Below are positions 28,489-36,439 of a stretch of 64,000 nucleotides of DNA, one piece after another (position 1 is the first letter of the stretch; each line of letters starts with the position of its first letter). This DNA comes from Capsulimonadaceae bacterium (GTDB lineage Bacteria > Armatimonadota > Armatimonadia > Armatimonadales > Capsulimonadaceae): assembly GCA_965246745.1 (NCBI GenBank), contig OZ251980.1:1444280-1508279 (forward strand), written 5' to 3'. Position numbers and translations under genes: made by a program. Under the pieces are notes generated by a model that saw only the letters and a program-made list of their open reading frames with translations, searched no databases and was not told the DNA's origin.

Positions 28489-29127
28489 TCAGCGGCACAA
28501 TGACCATGCCGTTCGGCTCGTCCAAGTGAAAAGCTGATGCCATAAATCGCGGCGCGGCGAGTAAAAGCGCGTTAATGTGCTGGTTTGCACCGCCAAAGAG
28601 CCGAGGTCACTGCCTTTGCTGCGATTACAGGGAAGACAGGTGTACGCAAGATTGTCTTTTTGCGTCAAGCCGCCATGCTTTTCGCTGACGATGTGGTCAA
28701 CTTCGCTGCTGAACAGCATGTCGTCTTCGTGGAGAAGGCAGTATTCGCAGAGAAAGTCCGCCCGCGCGATGACAAGGCGGCGCAATTCCGCCCGGATATA
28801 AGAAGTGCTCATTTGCCGGCCAAAAATTGCCGTGCCCGGTACGGGAATTATAGGCCACAAGACACACAGACACAATACGATACGGTTCTGATCACTTTTA
28901 AGCCGAGGCACTACTCGCAGCCATACCCACAGGTACATTCCGCCGACAGCCATGACACAGGCGGCGACAAGCGGCGAAAACCGAGAGAAATACCACAAAC
29001 AAAAGACGGTTAGCAGCAGGCAAACGATTAGGTCAATGATCTGCGGTTGGCGGCGGGCTGTGAGCAGCAGTTGCTCTGCCTCCTCAGAAACGAGCCACGA
29101 GCCTTTGCGGGCGGACAGCGGCATCAT
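28489..29127 (-). CDS. HNH endonuclease with an N-terminal transmembrane region
   Basis: The C-terminal region CEYCLLHEDDMLFSSEVDHIVSEKHGGLTQKDNLAYTCLPCNRSKG has an HNH signature. The gene lies in the low-GC segment next to the attC array. Confidence 0.7.
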   Translation of the reverse strand: MMPLSARKGSWLVSEEAEQLLLTARRQPQIIDLIVCLLLTVFCLWYFSRFSPLVAACVMAVGGMYLWVWLRVVPRLKSDQNRIVLCLCVLWPIIPVPGTAIFGRQMSTSYIRAELRRLVIARADFLCEYCLLHEDDMLFSSEVDHIVSEKHGGLTQKDNLAYTCLPCNRSKGSDLGSLAVQTSTLTRFYSPRRDLWHQLFTWTSRTAWSLCR

Positions 29128-29175
29128 TATCTCGGCTCCATCAAGCTGCTTTGTCCTTAACAGGCGTTCCGTCCA

Positions 29176-29278
29176 GCGGCCTAACGGCCAAGCTCACCTG
29201 CGACACCGCAAGCAACCGAAACGGCTGACGACGAAACAACGGCGCGGTGGCGTCGGCTGCAGCGCATTGTTAGGCCGC
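29176..29278. mobile_element. Integron attC site 1
   Basis: The inverse core (GCCTAAC) is at 29179-29185 and the core (GTTAGGC) at 29269-29275. Both sit within the ~103 bp imperfect palindrome GCGGCCTAACGG...GCATTGTTAGGCCGC. Confidence 0.8.
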
Positions 29279-29285
29279 AGACAGG

Positions 29286-29558
29286 TCAGCGCCGGTTACG
29301 CTGACGAGCGGTGGCATAACAGCCCGCGCAAAGATAGGTGATCTGTGCAAATGCTTCTGTCTCATCATCCCATTCTCCTCCTGCCGCAAGCAAACGTCTG
29401 TCGCATTCCCCACACCAGGCATCCGGGCAGGGATCATCACCTGTATCGTCTGCGTGGAAGAAGCCTAGCCCAACACCCCGGACTAGATGCTTACAGACAA
29501 AGGTAACATAGCTTTCCCCATGAACGGGGCAGATTACTAGCTTGGTTTTGTCACTCAT
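29286..29558 (-). CDS. Cys/His-rich small cassette protein, hypothetical
   Basis: 90 aa with CPVH, CKH and CPDAWCGEC...CAGC motifs. It is followed at its 3' end by attC-1. Confidence 0.5.
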   Translation of the reverse strand: MSDKTKLVICPVHGESYVTFVCKHLVRGVGLGFFHADDTGDDPCPDAWCGECDRRLLAAGGEWDDETEAFAQITYLCAGCYATARQRNRR

Positions 29559-29595
29559 CTTTGCAACGTTCCGCCGACTGCGATGGCTATGTTCT

Positions 29596-29699
29596 GCGGC
29601 CTAACGGCAGCGCTCACCGGCGACACCTGACTGCACAGCCTTCCGACCTTGCAGAGCAAAGAGACAGGTGGCGTCGGCTGCAACGCATTGTTAGGCCGC
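29596..29699. mobile_element. Integron attC site 2
   Basis: It reads GCGGCCTAACGGCAG...GCATTGTTAGGCCGC and overlaps the stop of the ankyrin gene. Confidence 0.8.
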
Positions 29700-30014
29700 A
29701 CCATGTTCGGCGAACGCCAATAATACCTCTTGATGAAGTAAACCGCGCGTCAAATCTTGTGCTAATTCCTGCGCTAACTCTTGTGCTGTTTTACCAAAAA
29801 GATCTCGTGCTGTCGTGTCCGCCCCAAACTCAAGCAATAAACGTACTAAGTTAGCCTGTCCCGTGTAAGCTGCTGCCATTAAAGGAGTAGAACCAAGAGG
29901 GTCTTTGCCGTTGACATCTGCTCCCTGTTCCAGTAGCTGACGTACAATCTCTAGGTGGCCCATGTTGACTTCGTCATGGAGTTTAGATATAAGCCACTTT
30001 TCATTTGCTTCCAT
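29691..30014 (-). CDS. Ankyrin-repeat protein (cassette ORF)
   Basis: The ANK repeats are GADVNGKDPLGSTPLMAAAYTGQANLVRLLLEFGAD. Confidence 0.8.
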   Translation of the reverse strand: MEANEKWLISKLHDEVNMGHLEIVRQLLEQGADVNGKDPLGSTPLMAAAYTGQANLVRLLLEFGADTTARDLFGKTAQELAQELAQDLTRGLLHQEVLLAFAEHGAA

Positions 30015-30035
30015 TTTTTGTTCCGGCTACGCGGT

Positions 30036-30137
30036 GCGGCCTAACGGCAAAGCTCAGCCGCGCTACCGCCTGCACAGCCACCCAATCTCGCTGAGGCAAT
30101 GGCGGCGGTGGCGTCGGCTGCAGCGCATTGTTGGGCC
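30036..30137. mobile_element. Integron attC site 3 (core variant GTTGGGC)
   Basis: It reads GCGGCCTAACGGCAAAG...GCATTGTTGGGCCG, with the same architecture as sites 1 and 2. Confidence 0.75.
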
Positions 30138-30180
30138 GTGACGGTTCCGCTCTCGAACGCTAGAAGTCCACCGACAAACG

Positions 30181-30603
30181 CTAGAAGTCAACCGACAGAT
30201 GAAACTGAGCCTGATGTTCTTGGGCCAAGACCAGCACACGTTCTAAGTCTGATAAGTCAGCCCTTAGCCCCTCGAAAAACTCTGCCCTCTCCCAACCACT
30301 CGGTGCGCTGACAAGAGAATTCGGATGAGAACGCACCCGCTCCAAAAGCGGACGTATAACCTCTAGCCCCTCTTCTGGGGCAAACCATTCTTCGGCGGGC
30401 ACGACAATTTCGTCTGGGTCTTGTCCCGTCTGGTCGGAGATGAAGCCTCTCAATTCGTCTGCATTGGTGCTGTTGAAACGGAGCAAAGGCTCGAAGAGGC
30501 TGCCTTCCTCAAAAAGAACGTCTGCCAATGCCTTTCCCGAAACCTCTGTGACATCAAATCCGGCTACTTCTTTATTAAAAACGGGATAGACACTGACACC
30601 CAT
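30181..30603 (-). CDS. acidic hypothetical protein (cassette ORF)
   Basis: About 140 aa from MGVSVYPVFNKEV..., Asp/Glu-rich. Its 3' end abuts attC-3. Confidence 0.45.
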   Translation of the reverse strand: MGVSVYPVFNKEVAGFDVTEVSGKALADVLFEEGSLFEPLLRFNSTNADELRGFISDQTGQDPDEIVVPAEEWFAPEEGLEVIRPLLERVRSHPNSLVSAPSGWERAEFFEGLRADLSDLERVLVLAQEHQAQFHLSVDF

Positions 30604-30991
30604 GATTTCCTCCTCGCGTTTCCGACGACTGTGCGGCACTTTTTCATCGGCCCAACAAGTATTTTACCGCGTTATGCCGTTGGACGTTTGACGTAAAATA
30701 CGCGCATTTGGCGGCAATTACCGCACTTTTTTCGCGGCTTGCGGCATAACACCGCACAGAGCGCATTTTTACCGCACCGCAATGTGTCAGCCTCGATTAA
30801 TTGCTTCACTGCTGTTGTATCACAATTCTTTTCTTTCCTACCCATCCTCATTTTTTGCCCACGCCCCCGAGTCACTTCGTTCCGCAGCAGAAAGGCGGCC
30901 ACTCTGCCTGCGGCATTGCTGCGTCTCTGACGCTTCGCCCCAGGGCGTAGACCTTTAGTTCCACGCTCTGGGGTGCCCTCCAATGTGCCCC

Positions 30992-33010
30992 CTATTTCTT
31001 GTCGGCGACTGCCGCCAAGGGATAGGCGGCTGCGCCGGCGGGCGGGGCGGCGGTCGGCTCGGTTTCGGCGAGGGCGTCGGCGATGGCTTGGAGGGCCTGC
31101 GGGTTCGACGCCAGGGCGTTGGCGATGGCGTCGGCCTGCGCGGGGCTGGTGCCGCTTTGGCCGGTCATCTTTTCAATCGCGGGCGTCAGAAGCCGCCCGA
31201 GATTGCCCAAGAGCGTGTCCACTTGGGACGCCCCGCTTGGAGAATGGCCGTTGCCGTTGCTGCCATCGGCGGGCGACGATGCGCCGCCGAGAAAGCCTTC
31301 GGCCATGGCGCGGATGCCGAAGCCTTTGGCCATGTTGTCCATCATCTTTTGCGCGGTTTCCGGCGTGCCGTACAGGGTCATGTTGCCTTTCGATAAAAAC
31401 AGGCCGAGGGCGCGGGCGAATTCCTGCTGGACTTCCTTGTCGGCCTGAATTCTCAGTTTTTCGATTTCGAGGCGGATGCCCGCTTCGGCGAACTCCTGGC
31501 GGTTCGCGAGCTGGTTGCGCTCGACATCCACCCGCGCCTGCTCGACCCCGACATTCTCGCGGGCCACTTCCACCGGGACAAGCTGCTGCGCCCGCTCGCC
31601 CCGCGCGACCAGCTCGCGCGACTGGGCTTCCGCCTGGGCAAGCTGAAGGCGAGCCTCGGCCTGCTTGGCGGCGGCTTCCTGCTCGCCCTGGGCATTGGTG
31701 ACGCGGGTAAACGCCGACACCTGCGCTTCGGTCTGCTGGCGGATTTTGTCGCGCTCGATTTCCTGACGCGCCGCGATCAGCTTTTTGTTGGCGTCGCGCT
31801 CGGCTTCGGCGATCTGGGTCACGGTGATGACCTCTTGAGTCGCTTTCTCCTGCGCGGCCTGGGCGATGAGGGCTTTTTCTTCGGCCCGCGCCCGCTCGGC
31901 TTCCTGGTTGGCGACAGCGATCTGCTTGAGGCGCTCGGCCAGCGCCACGGCCTGGTCGCGCCCGACGGCTGCCGTTTGGAGTTCCTGCTCACGGGCGATG
32001 GTGGCGGTCCGCACGGCTTTTTCCTGACCGACGCGGGCGACTTCGACGGCCTGCTGGCGGCCGATTTCGGCGGTCTCGACCGCCTGCTGCTTTTCAATCT
32101 GCGACGTTTCCACGGCCCGCTGCTGGGCGATCACCGCCTGCTGCGATTCTTGGTCTTTGCCGGCCCGGATTTTGGCAATTTCGGTGCTTTGGTTCGCTTC
32201 TGCCTCAGCCTGGTTGCGCTCCAAGTTCAGAATATACTGACGCGTGGTCACGTCCTGGTTTTTGCGGGCCTGCTCCGCCGCCCGCTCCAAGTTGTTGCGC
32301 TCGACCATCGCCGCTGCCGTGATTTCGGTGATTTTGCGCTTGCCCTGGGCATCGAACACGTTGTTGTCGGACAGCTCCGACGGGTCGGTCTGGTCCAGCT
32401 CGGAGATCGTAACGCTTTCCAAAAGCAGGCCGTTTGCTTCGAGGTCCGACTTGACATGCTCTTTGACCCGCTCGGCAAACTCGTCGCGCTTGGTGTGAAT
32501 CTCAAACAAGTACATCTGCGACGCAATGGCCCGCAGCGCGGACACCAGTTTCTCGCTGACCAGGTTCTCGACATTTTCGGCGTTGACCGAGTTGTCGCCG
32601 AGCGACCGGGCGGCGTTCAGAATATGCTCCCGATCCGCTTGGACGCGAATATAAAACTGAGCCAGAATATCCGACCGCAAATTGTCGTGGGTAATCAGCG
32701 CATTCGGCCCGTGCGGGTTGACTCCGAGCTTCATCGTCCGCAGATTGACTTCGGTAATCCGGTGGAAGATCGGAATGACGAGCGCCCCGCCGTCGAGCAC
32801 GACCCGCGAGCCGCCCTGCCCGGTCATCACAAACGCCTGGTCCGCCGACGTTTTCTTATACAGCGAAGTCCAGACCGTGATGACCAGCCCCAGCAGAAAC
32901 AAAATCAGGCCGGCGACGCCGAGCACGGCCTTGCCGGCGAACCCAATCACCGGCAGAAACAGCGGGCCGACCATCAAGGCCGCACCGGCGATCAGCAAAG
33001 CAGCTCCCAT
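30992..33010 (-). CDS. Flotillin / SPFH (band 7) family protein, YqiK-like
   Basis: 672 aa. It has an N-terminal TM segment, an SPFH domain, and a long E/A/Q-rich coiled coil (…AEAEANQSTEIAKIRAGKDQESQQAVIAQQRAVETSQIEKQQAVETAEI…). GC is high, so it looks native. Confidence 0.85.
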   Translation of the reverse strand: MGAALLIAGAALMVGPLFLPVIGFAGKAVLGVAGLILFLLGLVITVWTSLYKKTSADQAFVMTGQGGSRVVLDGGALVIPIFHRITEVNLRTMKLGVNPHGPNALITHDNLRSDILAQFYIRVQADREHILNAARSLGDNSVNAENVENLVSEKLVSALRAIASQMYLFEIHTKRDEFAERVKEHVKSDLEANGLLLESVTISELDQTDPSELSDNNVFDAQGKRKITEITAAAMVERNNLERAAEQARKNQDVTTRQYILNLERNQAEAEANQSTEIAKIRAGKDQESQQAVIAQQRAVETSQIEKQQAVETAEIGRQQAVEVARVGQEKAVRTATIAREQELQTAAVGRDQAVALAERLKQIAVANQEAERARAEEKALIAQAAQEKATQEVITVTQIAEAERDANKKLIAARQEIERDKIRQQTEAQVSAFTRVTNAQGEQEAAAKQAEARLQLAQAEAQSRELVARGERAQQLVPVEVARENVGVEQARVDVERNQLANRQEFAEAGIRLEIEKLRIQADKEVQQEFARALGLFLSKGNMTLYGTPETAQKMMDNMAKGFGIRAMAEGFLGGASSPADGSNGNGHSPSGASQVDTLLGNLGRLLTPAIEKMTGQSGTSPAQADAIANALASNPQALQAIADALAETEPTAAPPAGAAAYPLAAVADKK

Positions 33011-33036
33011 GTGTTTTCTCCTCTACAGTGAACTTC

Positions 33037-33720
33037 TTACACAATGCTTTCAACAATCAGCTGGTCGCGGGACGCATCATAGTCCGCGATCAGCACGCTT
33101 CGGCCCCGGCCAATCGCTGCCTGCCCCGGCCCGGTCCGGGCGGACACATCGTGCAGCGACCCGTGGGCATCGTAGACATGCACCCGCCCCCGCGCATCGT
33201 TTATGGGAAACACGACGGTTCCGGTCAGCCCGCAGAGGTCCACGGCGCTGACCGCAAACGACTCGTCGCCCGGCAGAAAGCGCGACACGGCCTCGACGGT
33301 CAGCTTTTCGGTCAGAAACGCCCCCAAAACCGCTGTCGCCAGCGCCGCCGCAAATGCCGCGCCGGGCGCAGGCAGCAGCTCGCGCCAAAGCGGCGTCCCC
33401 CAGAACCCGAAGACGCCCCAGCCGAGCAGAGCGCTCCCCCAGACCAGCGGCCCCGGCGCTCGCCCCAGCCCAAAAAACGCCGCGATTCCCGGCGCTCTCG
33501 CCGCCGACCCCGCGTGCTTCTGCCCGCCGCCGTGCTTGACGCCCCCGCCGTGCCGCATCCCGCCGCCATGATGCCCGCCCGTGCCGTGGTGCCCTGCGCT
33601 GTGGTGCCCTCGGTGCATCCCGCCGCCGAGCGCCGACAGCAGCAGCACGAGCAGCGCGGCCCCGCCCGGCAGCGCGTACATCAGTTCATCCCAGCGCCCG
33701 ATTCCCGTCCAGTCCGTCAT
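33037..33720 (-). CDS. NfeD-like / YqiJ-like membrane protein, partner of flotillin
   Basis: It has N-terminal TM helices, a His/Gly-rich loop, and a C-terminal OB-fold-like region (GTVVFPINDARGRVHV). It lies immediately upstream of the flotillin gene, as in yqiJK. Confidence 0.65.
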   Translation of the reverse strand: MTDWTGIGRWDELMYALPGGAALLVLLLSALGGGMHRGHHSAGHHGTGGHHGGGMRHGGGVKHGGGQKHAGSAARAPGIAAFFGLGRAPGPLVWGSALLGWGVFGFWGTPLWRELLPAPGAAFAAALATAVLGAFLTEKLTVEAVSRFLPGDESFAVSAVDLCGLTGTVVFPINDARGRVHVYDAHGSLHDVSARTGPGQAAIGRGRSVLIADYDASRDQLIVESIV

Positions 33721-33784
33721 CTTTGCGCCCCTGTAGTTTCTCTGACCCGGCGGCCCGCGAAAAGTTGCACGGCTGTTAAAAAAA

Positions 33785-33911
33785 GCGAGGGAGTGAACTC
33801 CTCTCGCTAGTTATAGTCGTCCTTCGGACGAAAGACTGCAACCGTTTGGCTGCTTCTCGTCCGCAGGGCGACATTTTACAGCGAGAGGAGTTCACTTCCT
33901 CGCTTGCTCCC
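33785..33911. repeat. ~125 bp structured repeat, copy A (terminal inverted repeats gcgagggagtgaactcctctcgct / agcgagaggagttcacttcctcgc; internal cgtccTTCGgacg hairpin)
   Basis: Read directly from the sequence. It is homologous to the copy at 41531-41655. Confidence 0.7.
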
Positions 33912-34390
33912 TCTTGCCCCGTGGTTGTGTTTCCCTACGACCTGCCGCGCCGCCCGGAGCCGAATCGATTCGTCGCTGCGTTTCCCGGCGAGACTGTGCT
34001 GCAATTCCGCCACCATGTTGTCCAGCTTAACCGCCTGCCGTGGCGTAGATTTATCCGCCAGGAAAACCCGGTGGCAAGCGCACTCATGGCGAAGATGAAG
34101 CAGTACGAACGCGCCATTGAGCAGTTTATGCCGACAGAAAGAACATCGTGGAAATCCTGACCGACTGGGAATGTAAGGGTATCGCACAAGGCATCGTGGA
34201 GGGCATCTCCCAGGGTTTGACGCAGGGCAAAGAAGCGCTGGTCGTTCCCCTGCTCCGCCGCCGCCTCGGCCCCGACACTCTCACCGCCCGCCTCGACACC
34301 CTCACCGCCGCCCATCTCGACGACCTCGGCGAAGCGTTGTTGGACTTCCGCACCGCCGCCGATTTACAGCAGTGGCTTGACCGGAATTAG
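33904..34390 (+). pseudogene. 3' remnant of an Rpn-family (PD-(D/E)XK) recombination-promoting nuclease / putative transposase gene (DUF4351 C-terminus), frameshifted
   Basis: Two adjoining frames encode ...AKMKQYERAIEQFMPTERTSWKS and EILTDWECKGIAQGIVEGISQGLTQGKEALVVPLL...LLDFRTAADLQQWLDRN. The QG-rich repeat followed by a helical tail is typical of DUF4351. A second 3' fragment (…LLDFRTIADLEQWLDQH) lies at about 35430-35497. Confidence 0.5.
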
Positions 34391-34405
34391 CGCAGCAGCG
34401 GCCTG

Positions 34406-34645
34406 TTAGACTTGATCATAAGCCGCCAAGAACTCGTCCCGCGAAATCCCGCTCTGGGTCAAAACCGTTCGCAGCGTAGACCCCTTAATCACTTTGTGGT
34501 TCGGCAATGTCAGTGGAGTCCTACTCCCATCGGCGTTCTCCCGCAGAAGCGCCAGATGATTGCCTTCCCGCACCAGCCGAAACCCCAGAAGCGCCAGCGC
34601 TTTGATCACCTTCTCACGCGGCGCATCCACCGGAAAGCGCGGCAT
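34406..34645 (-). CDS. hicA: HicA-family mRNA interferase toxin
   Basis: 79 aa. The segment KVIKALALLGFRLVREGNHLALLRENADGSRTPLTLPNHKVIKGSTLRTVL matches the YcfA/HicA fold pattern. Confidence 0.75.
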   Translation of the reverse strand: MPRFPVDAPREKVIKALALLGFRLVREGNHLALLRENADGSRTPLTLPNHKVIKGSTLRTVLTQSGISRDEFLAAYDQV

Positions 34646-34869
34646 CAGGCCGCCACCGCAAGCTCGGCGACAAAGGCTTCCAGCACCGGCGTTTCGGTTT
34701 CAATTACGTCCGGCCCGAACGTCTCCAAATGAAACGCAATCGCCGACTTCACATCCGCCAGCGCCTCCTCATACGTCTCGCCTTCCCCCACCACACCCCC
34801 CGCAATGCCGAGCGGATACGCCACATACCCGTCGCTGTGCCGCTCCACCACAATCTTAAACTGCCTCAC
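34645..34869 (-). CDS. hicB: HicB-family antitoxin (UPF0150)
   Basis: 74 aa. The segment FKIVVERHSDGYVAYPLGIAG…GETYEEALADVKSAIAFHLE matches the HicB N-terminal domain pattern. Confidence 0.75.
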   Translation of the reverse strand: MRQFKIVVERHSDGYVAYPLGIAGGVVGEGETYEEALADVKSAIAFHLETFGPDVIETETPVLEAFVAELAVAA

Positions 34870-35143
34870 GTTTCGCCTCCTCCAAGTGGCCCTTTCCTGC
34901 CCCGTAGGGCGTAGGGCATGCCCCTACCCTCCTCTCCGGGTCAAGAAGCTGCGTCAAGCCTGCCCGATACTCCGTAAGCACTTCCTCCGCCAGCCGGACC
35001 AGAGCCGGTGACGACTGCGTAAAAGATCGCTGCCAGCGCTGCTCGTCTTCCAGTTCTTCTAAAATCAGAGCCGCAATCGCATCTTGATCGGGTTCCGCCA
35101 GTTGCTGCACCTGAGCATAAGCGCGTTCTAATAATTGGGTCAT
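34856..35143 (-). CDS. hypothetical acidic helical protein (antitoxin-like)
   Basis: 95 aa with no motif recognised. It is overlapped by the hicB start. Confidence 0.3.
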   Translation of the reverse strand: MTQLLERAYAQVQQLAEPDQDAIAALILEELEDEQRWQRSFTQSSPALVRLAEEVLTEYRAGLTQLLDPERRVGACPTPYGAGKGHLEEAKREAV

Positions 35144-35181
35144 CTCAAAGCCTCACAATATCTCATCTGCGGCAGGTTCCC

Positions 35182-35340
35182 CTATTCAATCCGGTCTGCC
35201 GGCACCCGCAGGGCAAGCACCTGGGCGCGAACCACGGACTCCGACCGCCTCTGACCATAGGCAAGCCCCCTCGGCAATTCAGGAACTTCACTCAGCCACC
35301 GGCCATCTTCTTCTTGTTCGACTTCAATGGAAAGCGGCAC
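35182..35340 (-). CDS. small HicB-like (UPF0150) ORF that is not in the ORF track (under 60 aa, GTG start)
   Basis: Reverse-complement translation gives MPLSIEVEQEEDGRWLSEVPELPRGLAYGQRRSESVVRAQVLALRVPADRIE. This matches the HicB N-terminal consensus (IE.E.EEDGRW.AEVPELPGC.A.G.T.EEA...). Confidence 0.45.
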   Translation of the reverse strand: MPLSIEVEQEEDGRWLSEVPELPRGLAYGQRRSESVVRAQVLALRVPADRIE

Positions 35341-35593
35341 AATTTCACCTCACAGACAAGATAACGACATGATACCCGGTCTCTTCTTGGTCTTGATGAC
35401 AAGAAAGCGAATGCCAGACGCCCCAGTGCCATCGCTCACCGCCCTTCTCGACTTCCGCACCATTGCCGATTTAGAACAGTGGCTTGACCAGCATTAGCGG
35501 GGAGTAATCGAGAGGCTTTGGTTAAGCTGGCCCACCCGTGTCGGTGTAGCGCATTGTTCGACCGCAAATAGCGCTCGCAGCGTGTTTAGAGAG

Positions 35594-36328
35594 TTACTCT
35601 GGTTGCCTCTGTGTTATGAGAAAGTCATCGGTAAGCTCTTCAATGGGTAGATAGGCTCTTATGATAGCAAAAGCGTCTGGTATAGTAATCTGCCCATCTA
35701 TACGAAAATGCTTCGTGTAACCTGTTCCCTTAATTTTGTTCCCGTCTGCAAACAGACGCAGTTTGTCTTCGGGGCTAAAAGATATAGTAGCCCCGTCCAG
35801 ATGAATAAATGTAGTCGCGTCAGGTGTCAATCGACCATGTACATAAAAAACCTCTGGCGATTGTGCAATATCTTCCCAAGCTTCTAATTCAACTGCGCTA
35901 TCTTTCCGGTCTACTGCGATGTGAACGAGGAGATCTGCAACAAAACCAGTAGCGCTAAATCGCTCAGGCATAGGAACCTGAAACCTAGCCTTTATCAGTT
36001 TTTGCAGGCGTACCTCTTGTAGAGCACGCTCAAAAGGCACTCCATACAATGTCGCACGGCCCATGATTGGAGGAAAAGCCTTTACGCTTATAGCTGCCGC
36101 TTCCCATAGGTCAAGCTTTTGGACAAGAATATCTACGACTCTGTTGATATACGGGACAGGGTAGACCTGAAAATCGCTTCGATGCTTTAAGTGTAGCGAA
36201 TAATCTGCGGCCTGCTGCTGATGCACAATCCTTAGATCATTGGCCTGGACAAGTCCATCGTGATTTAGAAGTTCTGAAAGTGTGACAGCATTTTGTCTTC
36301 GCATTCTTTGTTGCTCTATCTTATTCAT
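35594..36328 (-). CDS. hypothetical protein (244 aa) with no recognisable domain; last gene of the AT-rich three-gene operon
   Basis: GC is about 42-45%, against a ~69% host. It shares the minus strand with the two ORFs upstream at short spacing. Confidence 0.5.
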   Translation of the reverse strand: MNKIEQQRMRRQNAVTLSELLNHDGLVQANDLRIVHQQQAADYSLHLKHRSDFQVYPVPYINRVVDILVQKLDLWEAAAISVKAFPPIMGRATLYGVPFERALQEVRLQKLIKARFQVPMPERFSATGFVADLLVHIAVDRKDSAVELEAWEDIAQSPEVFYVHGRLTPDATTFIHLDGATISFSPEDKLRLFADGNKIKGTGYTKHFRIDGQITIPDAFAIIRAYLPIEELTDDFLITQRQPE

Positions 36329-36439
36329 ATCGATTAGGATTTACACGGTTGAAGCCAAACCAAGAGATTTTAATGCCTTGTTCTCGCGATTCTACTCAAA
36401 GATCGCATGGAAACATCCAGCGAAGCAAGCATTGGAGTA

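Noticed and set aside
26756-28537. 593 aa plus-strand ORF over the glycoside hydrolase
   Set aside because: It is antisense to a gene with a signal peptide and GH-A motifs.
30660-30755. Possible fourth attC (cgcgTTATGCCg … cGGCATAACaccgc palindrome)
   Set aside because: The core-like heptamers are in reversed order (GTTATGC first, GCATAAC last), and GTTATGC does not fit the GTTRRRY core. This is probably a different palindrome, so I left it uncalled.
30672-30983. 103 aa minus-strand ORF in the non-coding stretch beside the cassette array
   Set aside because: It has a basic, low-complexity composition and no start context. The region looks like regulatory or attI-side DNA rather than coding.
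31835-33031. 398 aa plus-strand ORF over the flotillin gene
   Set aside because: It is antisense to an unmistakable SPFH/coiled-coil protein.
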